From NCBI GenBank assembly GCA_963730185.1, contig CAVSQW010000007.1, positions 576,001-640,000 of the forward strand: DNA of 64,000 bases, read 5' to 3'. The stretch comes from an uncultured Gemmatimonadales bacterium. GTDB taxonomy: Bacteria > Gemmatimonadota > Gemmatimonadetes > Gemmatimonadales > GWC2-71-9. Positions 20,602 through 29,874 of the stretch are shown piece after piece. Under the pieces are notes generated by a model. The model was not told the DNA's origin. It was given only the letters and a program-made list of their open reading frames with translations, and made no database searches. Positions within the stretch are counted from its first letter, which is position 1; the number at the start of each line of letters is the position of its first letter. A program made the translations under genes and the position numbers.

Positions 20602-23277
20602 ATGAGCGACGGCATCCGTCGGCTCACGGCCGCCCTCGCGGACCGGTACACCATCGAGCGGGAGCTCGGGGCCGGCGGCATGGCGACGGTCTATCTCGCC
20701 GAGGACCTGAGGCACGAGCGCCAGGTTGCGATCAAGGTTCTCAAGCCCGAGCTCGCCGCGGTGCTCGGCGCCGAGCGGTTCGTGCAGGAGATCAAGACCA
20801 CCGCGTCGTTGCAGCATCCGCACATCCTGCCGCTCTTCGATTCGGGCGCCGCCGACGGGTTCCTCTTCTACGTGATGCCGTTCATCGACGGCGAGACGCT
20901 CCGCGCCAAGCTCGACCGCGAGACCCAGCTCGGCGTCGACGAGGCGATCCGGATCACGTGCGAGGTTGCCGACGCGCTGGACTACGCCCACGGGAAGGGG
21001 GTCGTCCACCGCGACATCAAGCCCGAGAACATCCTGCTCGCCAACGGGCGTCCGATGGTAGCCGATTTCGGCATCGCACTGGCGGTCTCCGCGGCGGCGG
21101 GCGGGCGGATGACGGAGACCGGCCTCTCGCTCGGCACGCCGCACTACATGAGTCCCGAGCAGGCGACGGCGGACAAGGAGATCACCGGGCGGAGCGACAT
21201 CTACTCGCTGGCGAGTGTGCTCTACGAGCTGCTCACCGGCGACCCGCCCCATACCGGCTCCTCGGCGCAGCAGATCATCATGAAGATCGTGGCCGAAGAG
21301 GCGGCGCCGGTCACCAAGGTCCGCAAGAGCGTGCCACCCAACGTGGTCGCGGCGCTCTCCCAAGCGCTGGAGAAGGTGCCGGCCGACCGGTTTCGGACCG
21401 CGCTGGAATTCGCGGACGCCCTGGGGAACCCCAACTTCACCACGACGCGGCACCAGGCCGCCGCTCCCGCTGCCGCCTCCCGTCGGAACGCTCTGCTCCT
21501 CGGCGTGGTCGCCGTCGTGGCAGGGTCGGCGGGGGTGTTCGCCGGCCGCGCCCTGGCCGGCTCTGGCGGTGCCAACGCATCCGACGATCCGGTGCATGCG
21601 GCGCTCCCGCTGGGGGACAGCGTCGTCCTCCGCCCGATCAACAACGCCTCCCTGGCCATCTCGCCCGACGGCCGGCGGGTGGCGTTCGTCGGCGTCAACG
21701 GCGCCTCGTCGGGCCTTTGGGTCCGCGAGCTGGGGTCCGACCACGCGGTGAGTCTGCCCGGCACGAACGGTGGAGAGGCGCCGTTCTTCTCTCCCGACGG
21801 GCAGACGGTCGCCTTCCTCCGCAGCACCGGGAGCGGCGCCGATGTCCTGACGACGCCGGCGAGCGGCGGCTCGGTCCAGACCATCGTGAAGGCGGCCGCC
21901 TCAGGCTATGGCGCCTCCTGGGGCGACGACGGCTACATCTACTACTCCGACCGGGGCGCGTCCCTGGCCCGGGTTCCCGCAATCGGTGGCAACTCCGAGG
22001 TGGTCGCCACCGCCGACACCGCGCGGGGCATTCACGAGACCGACTACCCCGATGTCCTCCCGGGCTCCCGGTACGCCGTCGTGCAGCTGTACAAGGGGGC
22101 GGTCGAGGTCAGTTCGGTGGGCCTGATCGACCTCGCGACCGGGGCGACTCGCGAGCTGGCGCCGGCGACGTACGCGCGTTACGTGGACCCGGGAATTCTC
22201 GCCTTCGCGAACGCCGCCGGCGAGATCAGCGTCATGCGCTTCGATCCCGGCAAGGGCGTGCTGCTCGATCCGACGCCCACGCTGGTGCTGTCGGGGGTGC
22301 AGCGGGAGAACAGCAACGGCACCGTGGCCTTCGCGGTGGCCCGTAATGGGACGTTGGTCTACATCGCCGGCCGGAGCGGCGGCGACCGGCTCGTCCGGGT
22401 GACCATGGACGGCACGATCGCGCCGGTGGATTCCTCCCTCAACGGCTCCTTCAGCGCGGCGGCGCTGTCGCCGGATGGACGGAGCGTGGCCCTGTCGCGC
22501 AACGACGCCGGCGCCGAGGGCGTTTGGATCAAGCAGCTCCCGAAGGGCGCGTTGACCCGGCTCACGGGCGACGAGCCGGGCGCCGATCGTCCGGCCTGGA
22601 CTCCCGACGGCCGATCGGTGGCATTCCTCGCCATTCGGGGCGGCCGCCGCGCGGTGTGGATCCGGCGGGCCGACGGCAGCGATCCGTCCGCTCGCCCGCT
22701 CTCGCCGCCGGGCCTCGAGCTCGACGAGGTCGCCTTCGACCCGCGGGGACGCTTCGTCGTCTTCCGGACCTACGGCTCCGCCAGCGGGTCGCGGCACCTG
22801 ATGGTCATGCCGTCGAGCGGGGACAGTGCGCCCCGCCTGCTGATCGCGTCGGCCTTCGATCACTACGCGCCGGCCGTCTCGCCCGACGGGCACTGGATCG
22901 CGTACGTCTCCGAGGAGTCCGGCCGGGCGGAGGTGCTGGTGCGGCCGTTTCCCAACGCGGACTCGGCCCGCATCGCGGTCTCGGTCGGGGGCGGGTACGG
23001 GCCGGCGTGGGCCAAGGACGGGCACACCCTCTACTATCGGGACCCTCGCGGTGCGATGATGGCGGTGGAGATCCGGACCACGCCGGCTTTCTCCCACGGT
23101 ACCCCGCGCACCCTCTTCTTCGACCCGGGCCTGTTGTCGAGCCAGTACCATCGAAGCTACGACGTAGCCCCCGACGGCACGGGCTTTCTGATGATCGAGG
23201 CGCAGCAGCAGGCGAACGCCCAGATCAGGGTGGTCCTCGGATGGAGGCAGCAAATCGAGCGGGCGGCGGCACGATGA
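20602..23277 (+). CDS. Receptor-like Ser/Thr kinase K2: kinase-TM-PD40 beta-propeller
   Basis: HRDIKPEN, DFG, GTPHYMSPE; TM helix; SPDG repeats. Confidence 0.92.
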   Translation: MSDGIRRLTAALADRYTIERELGAGGMATVYLAEDLRHERQVAIKVLKPELAAVLGAERFVQEIKTTASLQHPHILPLFDSGAADGFLFYVMPFIDGETLRAKLDRETQLGVDEAIRITCEVADALDYAHGKGVVHRDIKPENILLANGRPMVADFGIALAVSAAAGGRMTETGLSLGTPHYMSPEQATADKEITGRSDIYSLASVLYELLTGDPPHTGSSAQQIIMKIVAEEAAPVTKVRKSVPPNVVAALSQALEKVPADRFRTALEFADALGNPNFTTTRHQAAAPAAASRRNALLLGVVAVVAGSAGVFAGRALAGSGGANASDDPVHAALPLGDSVVLRPINNASLAISPDGRRVAFVGVNGASSGLWVRELGSDHAVSLPGTNGGEAPFFSPDGQTVAFLRSTGSGADVLTTPASGGSVQTIVKAAASGYGASWGDDGYIYYSDRGASLARVPAIGGNSEVVATADTARGIHETDYPDVLPGSRYAVVQLYKGAVEVSSVGLIDLATGATRELAPATYARYVDPGILAFANAAGEISVMRFDPGKGVLLDPTPTLVLSGVQRENSNGTVAFAVARNGTLVYIAGRSGGDRLVRVTMDGTIAPVDSSLNGSFSAAALSPDGRSVALSRNDAGAEGVWIKQLPKGALTRLTGDEPGADRPAWTPDGRSVAFLAIRGGRRAVWIRRADGSDPSARPLSPPGLELDEVAFDPRGRFVVFRTYGSASGSRHLMVMPSSGDSAPRLLIASAFDHYAPAVSPDGHWIAYVSEESGRAEVLVRPFPNADSARIAVSVGGGYGPAWAKDGHTLYYRDPRGAMMAVEIRTTPAFSHGTPRTLFFDPGLLSSQYHRSYDVAPDGTGFLMIEAQQQANAQIRVVLGWRQQIERAAAR

Positions 23278-24155
23278 CCAGTCGGCTCCGCGACGCCCTC
23301 GCCGACCGCTACCGGATCGAGCGCGAGGTCGGCCAGGGCGGGATGGCGACCGTCTACCTGGCCCACGATCGCAAGCACGATCGCGACGTGGCCCTCGAGG
23401 TGCTCCGCCCGGAGCTCGCCGCCGCGCTCGGCGCGGAGCGGTTCCTGGCCGAAGTGAAGATCACCGCCCGGCTCGATCATCCCCACATCTTGACCCTGAT
23501 CGACTCGGGCGAGGCCGGCGGCACGCTCTTCTACGTGATGCCGTTCGTCCGGGGCGAGTCGCTCCGCGCCCGGCTGGATCGCGACCGGCAGCTCGGGCTC
23601 GACGCAGCGATCGGCATAACCCGCCAGATCGCGTCCGCCCTCGACCGGGTGACCTCCCGGAGCTCGGCGATGCAGTTCGCCGGCAAGCGCCGGCCGGCGG
23701 CGCCGGAAATCGCCAAGGCGCTGGACGTGGATGCGATCGTGGAAGGGTCGGGCACCCGGTCCGGCGACAAGGTGCGGATCACCGCCCAGCTGATCGCCGC
23801 CCGGGCCGACCAGCATCGGTGGGCGCAGAGCTTCGAGCGCCAGTCGAGCGACGTCCTCACCCTCCAGGCGGAGCTGGCCTCGGTCTGGCTCTCGAGCTCG
23901 GAGGTCCTCTACCGCTCCGGGGCGACCTGGCACACGGTCCGGATCGACCCGGCCACCGGGGAGCCGGAGGGCCCCGCGTCGCCGTGGGGGACCGACCCGC
24001 GGTTCTCCGACACCTTCGGCTGGTCCACCCGCCCGGACTGGCACGGCGGCATCGTTTACCTTGAAAACCCCGAGGATACCCACGCGACCTACTTCCGGGT
24101 CGTGCCCGACTGGGTCGCCCGGATGGAGCGTGCCGTGGACGAGGCGAACCGATGA
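23274..24155 (+). pseudogene. K3: in-frame chimera of kinase N-lobe, TolB-N-like segment and propeller C-terminus (catalytically dead)
   Basis: 293-aa open frame; VALEVL replaces VAIKVL; HRD/DFG absent; junctions at QIASALD|RVTSRSS and QAELA|SVWLSS. Confidence 0.82.
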
Positions 24156-26803
24156 CCCCGATACCCGACCGGCTGGCGGCCGCGTTGGCCGACCGCTACC
24201 GGATCGAGCGGGAGCTCGGCCAGGGCGGGATGGCCACGGTCTATCTGGCCGAAGACCTCAAGCACCGCCGCCCGGTGGCGATCAAGGTGCTCCGGCCCGA
24301 CCTGGCCGCCAGTCTCGGCCCCGACCGGTTCATGCAGGAGATCGACATCGCCGCCCGGCTCCAGCACCCCCACATCCTGCCGGTGCACGATTCCGGCGAG
24401 GCCGGCGGCTTCCTCTTCTACGTGATGCCGTACGTCGAGGGCGAGTCGCTCCGGGAGCGGCTGACCAATCACGGCGAGCTGCCGGTCCACGACGCCGTGC
24501 GGCTTCTGGTCGAGATCGCCGACGCCCTGGCCTACGCCCACTCGCACGGCGTCGTGCACCGCGACATCAAACCGGAGAACATCATGCTCTCCGGGCGCCA
24601 CGCGCTGGTGACGGACTTCGGCGTCGCCAAGGCGGTGAGCGAGGCGAGCGGGCGGAACCGGCTCACCACGGCGGGCGTCGCGCTGGGCACGCCGGCCTAC
24701 ATGGCGCCCGAGCAGGCCAGCGCCGATCCCAACCTCGACCAGCGGGTGGACATCTACGCCCTGGGCGTGCTGGGCTACGAGCTCCTGGCCGGTCGGCCAC
24801 CGTTCGTGGGGGGGACGCCGCAGCAGGTGCTGGCCGCGCACGTGACGACGGCGCCGGAGCCGGTCACCACGCACCGGACCACGGTGTCTCCTGCGCTCGG
24901 CGCGGTCATCATGCGGGCGCTGGAGAAGCGCCCGGCCGACCGCTGGCAGACGGCCGACGAGCTCCTCGGCCAGCTGGAGCCGCTGGCCACGCCGTCGGGC
25001 GGGCTGACGCCCACCCAGATGCGCCCGGCGGTGCCGGGGCGGGGCGGGCGCCGCTGGATGCTCTGGGGCCTCGGCGCCGTCGCCCTCGCCGCGACGGCCG
25101 TGGCCGTCACCCTGCTCGTGTCGCGGCGGCCGCCCACACTCGTGCTCGGCAAGCGGGTGGCGATCGCGGCGGGTCCCGAGCTCGAGACCTGGCCTTCGCT
25201 CTCCGGGGATGGGAAGCTCCTGGCTTACACGAGCCGCGGGGGCGACGGGTGGTCGGTGCAGGTGCGGCAGGTGGACGGCGGCACGCCGGTGAGCATCACG
25301 GGCCGGGAGCCCGGCTCGGTGGGATTCGGGATGCTCTCGCCGGATGGGACCCGGCTCCTGGTGACCACGCCGGCCGGGATCCAGGTGGTGCCGTCGTTAG
25401 GCGGGCAGATGCGGCTCGTGGCCGATCTTGGCGCTGGGCAGCCGGCCGATCAGAGCTTTCCGGCCAACCCTTACGCTCTCTGGGCGGCGACCTGGAGCCC
25501 CGACGGCGCTCGGGTTGCCTACACCAGCCTCGACACGCTCTACGTGCAGTCGATCGACGGCTCGAGCCGGACGGCGCTCGCCACCGGCACGTGGGTCCAT
25601 TCACCGGCCTGGTCGGACGACGGCTGGATCGCCTACGTCGAGGGCAATACCAATTTTCACACCGAAGGAAACCTGGCCCCGAGTCAGCTCCGCCTGGTCC
25701 GAGCCTCGGGCGGGACGCCAATCGACCTGACCGGGCGGGGCACGCTCAACACCAGCCCCGTCTGGGTTCCCGAGCGGCGCGCATTGCTTTTCATCTCGGA
25801 CCGCGACGGCGGGCGCGACATCTACGAGCTCTTCCTGACCCGGTCCGGTCAGCCCTCGGGGCCGCCCGTCCGGGTGACGACCGGCCTCAATCCCGAGCGC
25901 CTGGCCATGTCGGCCGATGGGAAATGGCTCGCCTGGTCCGTGTACACGGAGACCGCCAACGTCTGGTCGCTCCCCGTGCCGGCGCGCGACTCGGTCTCCA
26001 TCCGCCAGGCGACGCCGGTCACGCAGGGCGCCCAGGTCATCGAGAACCTGAGCGTGTCGCGCGACGGCGTCTGGCTCTACTACGACTCCGACCGGAGCGG
26101 CGTCGCCAACATCTGGCGGCAGCGCATTGCCGGGGGGCCGCCCGAGCAGCTGACCGACGACTCGGTGGCGAACTTCGCCCCGGGGGTCTCGCCGAGCGGG
26201 AACGAGGTCGCCTTCCATTCGTTCCGGACCGGGAATCGCGACATCTTCGTGATTCCCTCCTCCGGCGGGCCGGCGCGGCAGGTGACCACCAGCCCGACGC
26301 ACGACTGGAACGCGCGCTGGATGGACGACAGCACCCTGGTATTCGACGAGCAGACGTCGGCCGATAGCTCGATCTGGACGGCCCGCCGCCACCCGGACGG
26401 CAGCTGGGGGCCACCCAAGCCCATCCTCGTCCCCGGGGTGAGCAATATCGCGAACATTCGGCCCTCGCCGGACGGCCGGTGGCTGGGGGTCATCACCCTG
26501 TCCGGCGTTGGGGTGATCGACCTCCGCACGATGGCCTACCGACAAGTCGTGCCGGTCGTGGCCTACGTGGCCTGGTCCGCCGACAGCCGGACGCTCTACC
26601 TCGGGACGGCGGCGGACGCGAGCGGGCATTGGAAGATTCTGGCGGCGTCGCCCGAGGGCGGGCCGGTGCGGACCGTCGCGTACGGCAACGACCCGATTAC
26701 GGAGGGGCGGCGTTTCGGGCTCGAATTCTCCGGCGGCCGGCTCTACGTTCCGCTGGTCGAGCGGAAGGGCGACATCTGGGTGGCGGAGGTGCGGGAGAAG
26801 TGA
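24152..26803 (+). CDS. Receptor-like Ser/Thr kinase K4: kinase-TM-PD40 beta-propeller (divergent kinase subtype)
   Basis: HRDIKPENIML, DFGVAK, GTPAYMAPE; TM helix; TolB-like repeats (SDRDGGRDIY, SDRSGVANIW). Confidence 0.92.
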   Translation: MTPIPDRLAAALADRYRIERELGQGGMATVYLAEDLKHRRPVAIKVLRPDLAASLGPDRFMQEIDIAARLQHPHILPVHDSGEAGGFLFYVMPYVEGESLRERLTNHGELPVHDAVRLLVEIADALAYAHSHGVVHRDIKPENIMLSGRHALVTDFGVAKAVSEASGRNRLTTAGVALGTPAYMAPEQASADPNLDQRVDIYALGVLGYELLAGRPPFVGGTPQQVLAAHVTTAPEPVTTHRTTVSPALGAVIMRALEKRPADRWQTADELLGQLEPLATPSGGLTPTQMRPAVPGRGGRRWMLWGLGAVALAATAVAVTLLVSRRPPTLVLGKRVAIAAGPELETWPSLSGDGKLLAYTSRGGDGWSVQVRQVDGGTPVSITGREPGSVGFGMLSPDGTRLLVTTPAGIQVVPSLGGQMRLVADLGAGQPADQSFPANPYALWAATWSPDGARVAYTSLDTLYVQSIDGSSRTALATGTWVHSPAWSDDGWIAYVEGNTNFHTEGNLAPSQLRLVRASGGTPIDLTGRGTLNTSPVWVPERRALLFISDRDGGRDIYELFLTRSGQPSGPPVRVTTGLNPERLAMSADGKWLAWSVYTETANVWSLPVPARDSVSIRQATPVTQGAQVIENLSVSRDGVWLYYDSDRSGVANIWRQRIAGGPPEQLTDDSVANFAPGVSPSGNEVAFHSFRTGNRDIFVIPSSGGPARQVTTSPTHDWNARWMDDSTLVFDEQTSADSSIWTARRHPDGSWGPPKPILVPGVSNIANIRPSPDGRWLGVITLSGVGVIDLRTMAYRQVVPVVAYVAWSADSRTLYLGTAADASGHWKILAASPEGGPVRTVAYGNDPITEGRRFGLEFSGGRLYVPLVERKGDIWVAEVREK

Positions 26804-26846
26804 GCCCCTGCTCGATGGCCGACACGGGCCGGGATGGCCTTGCCCG

Positions 26847-27038
26847 ATGACCCTCCGCTCAGCCGTTCTCGGCGCCGCCCTGGCCGCGGGTCTTCCCAGC
26901 CTGAGCCACGCCCAGAACGCGGTCGTCGATTTCAAGCCGCTGACCTTTGCCTTCAACGGGCGCCCGGGTTCGCCACGTCAGGGGGCGTCCCGACCGCCTC
27001 GGCCGTCGCGACCGCCTCGGGCGGCCGGGTTCCGCTGA
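26847..27038 (+). pseudogene. Possible 5' remnant of a secreted-protein gene
   Basis: Signal-peptide-like MTLRSAVLGAALAAGLPSLSHAQ, followed by decay into low-complexity sequence. Confidence 0.4.
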
Positions 27039-27223
27039 GCCCGATTCGGGGTACATATTGGGTTGGCTACGGCCGGCAGACCCGACGCTCAGCAGTCCCT
27101 GTCCTCGTCAGTGACCGCCCCCCGGGGTCGGGCGGTCCGGCGCTCGTTCATTCCGACCACTGGTGCGACCCTGCCTGACCTGAGACCGCACCGGCGGCCG
27201 CTCATACGTCGACGGCCGCCGAC

Positions 27224-29873
27224 ATGACCATCGCCGAACGCCTCTCGGCCGCCCTGAGCGACCGCTACCGGATCGAGCGCGAGCTGGGCCAGGGCGGGAT
27301 GGCCACCGTCTATCTCGCCGAGGACCTGAAGCACGACCGCAGGGTCGCCCTCAAGGTCCTGAAGCCCGAGTTGGCCGCCGTGCTGGGCGCCGAGCGCTTC
27401 GTGGTCGAGATCAAGACCACGGCCGCGCTGCAGCATCCCCACATCCTGCCGCTCTTCGACTCGGGGACCGCGGCCGGCTTCCTGTTCTACGTGATGCCGT
27501 TCATCGACGGCGAGACCCTGCGGGCCAAGCTCGACCGGGAAACCCAGCTCGGCGTCGAGGAGGCCGTCCGGATCACGACCGAGGTGGCCGACGCCCTGCA
27601 GTACGCCCACGAGCATGGGGTGATCCACCGGGACATCAAGCCGGAGAACATCCTGCTCCAGAACGGCCGCCCGATGGTGGCCGACTTCGGGATTGCCCTC
27701 GCCGTCTCGGCGGCGGCGGGCGGGCGGATGACGGAGACCGGCCTCTCGTTAGGCACTCCGCACTACATGTCGCCGGAGCAGGCCACGGCCGAAAAGGAGC
27801 TGACGCCCCGGAGCGACGTCTATTCGCTGGGGAGCGTGCTCTACGAAATGCTCACGGGCAACCCGCCGCACACCGGGGCGTCGGCCCAGCAGATCATCAT
27901 GAAGATCGTGACCGAGGAGGCCGCGTCGGTCACCCAGGTGCGGAAGTCGGTGCCGCCGAACGTGGCGGCCGCGGTGGCCCGGGCGATCGAGCGCCTTCCG
28001 GCCGACCGGTTCGAGTCCGGCCAGCGCCTTTGCCGCCGCGCTCCACGATCCGGGCTTCGCGCCGCGCACCGGCGCGGCCGCCGCCGGCCGTCGGTCGGCC
28101 GACGCCGGCCCGCCTGGGGCTCCTCGCCGCCGGCGTGGCGGTCGTCCTGGCGGCGGGGTTCGGCCTCGGGCGGTGGACCAACGCTCCCACGGCGGCTCCC
28201 GCGACGCGGGTCGTCTCGGCGATACTCCCGCCGGACGGCGAGGACTTCAGCGACCGGCGGTCGTTCGGTGCCCTGTCGCCCGACGGGAAGCGGTTCGCCT
28301 TCGTCTCGATCTCCGCGCGGGGCGAGCGCCGGCTCTGGATCCGCCGGCTCGGCGCGCTGGACGCCGAGCTGGTGCCGGGCACCTCGGGCGCCACGGCGCC
28401 CTTCTGGTCGCCCGATGGCGGGTCCGTCGCCTTCTTCGCCAATGGCCGGCTGATGCGGCTCGACCTCCAGAGCGCCACGGCCACGGTCGTCTGCGAGGCG
28501 CGGTCCGGCCTCGGCGGCGCCTGGGGCCGGGGCGACCTCATCGTCTTGGCCACGGCTCGCGGTATCGAGCGGTCGGTCCCGGGCAAGACTCAGTGCGACC
28601 TGGTGTTTCCGGTGGATTCCGGCGCCCGGTTCCAGTCGCCTTCGCTGCTGGGCGACGGCCGCACGGTCCTGTTCCAGCGACTGCGGATCCTGACCGCCGA
28701 GGCCAACCGGTCGTTCGGGTGGCGCTCCAGCATCCTCCTGGGGGACCTCGAGACCGGGACCACGACCGACCTCCGGGCCGGCGGGTTCTCGCCGACGTTC
28801 GTGCCACCGAATCGGGTGGTGTACGTGCTGCCGTCCGGCGCCGAGATGCCCGTCGTGACGCAGACCCTGAGCCGGGACCATTCGCGGCTGGAGGGGACGC
28901 CCGTCCCGGTTACCGGTTCGGTGCGAGATACCGATCTCCAGTATTCGTATTCGGTCTCGGCCGACGGGTCGCTGATCTACCTGCGACTCCCGCGGCGATC
29001 CCGACAAGCTGCTGGTGGACCGCCGGGGCGAGATCGTCGACACGGTGCGGCAGGCGGGCAGCTGGACGCATCGGGTGGCCCAGCGGCATCCCTGGGTCGC
29101 GATGGCGGCGAGCTTCGACCTCTGGCTGTACGACCTGGACCGGAGGGTATCGACGCCCCTGATCCGGGGAGACTCCGGGCTCTTTGTGGCTGATCCCGTC
29201 TGGTCGCCCGAGGACACGGCCCTGGCGTTCGGCCGCTGCCGCTGGGGACGGATCGAGGAGCTTGCCCGCGCACACGTCCTCGGTGCCGGGCGATCGCTGC
29301 TTCCGTTCGGCGGACTGGACGACGGACGGGCGCTACCTCGTCGTGGAGCTCGCCGGGAGGGAGGCGGAGTCGGCCCCGGGGCCTCGGGTCGGACCGGCGG
29401 ACGCTCGCCGCCTACGACCTGTCGGAGAAGCGGGTGATCCCGCTCTTCGACTTCGTCGGGCTCAAGTCCGACGCGTCGGTCTCGCCCGACGGCCGCTGGA
29501 TCGCCTATACCTCGGCCGAGTCGGGCACCCCCGAGGTCTACGTTCGCCCGTTCATGGCGAGCGGCCGAGGCGGTGCGGCTCTCCGCCGGCGGCGGACGGT
29601 CGCCGCGATGGCGCGGCGATGGCCGGGAGCTCTTCTTCGAGACGGCCGACGGGCGTCTCATGGTCATGGAGCTGCCCGCCGGCGGCGACCTGACCGGGGC
29701 ATCGGCCCCGGATCCTGTTCCGGGCGCCCGGCTACGCCCGGACGATGTTCTACGATCGGGGGACCCCGTACGACGTCACGCCCGACGGCCAGCGCTTCGT
29801 GCTCCGGGTGTCCGCCGCCGCCAACCACGCGGTGCTGGTGCAGCAGGCACTTGGCACGGCGGCGGACCGCTAG
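27224..29873 (+). pseudogene. K5: kinase-TM-PD40 propeller gene with about 6 frameshifts (pseudogene or sequence errors)
   Basis: Intact kinase to ADRFES; propeller pieces continue in shifting frames near 28020, 28995, 29260, 29380, 29568 and 29708; ends ...YDVTPDGQRF...ADR* at 29873. Confidence 0.82.
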
Positions 29874-29874
29874 G

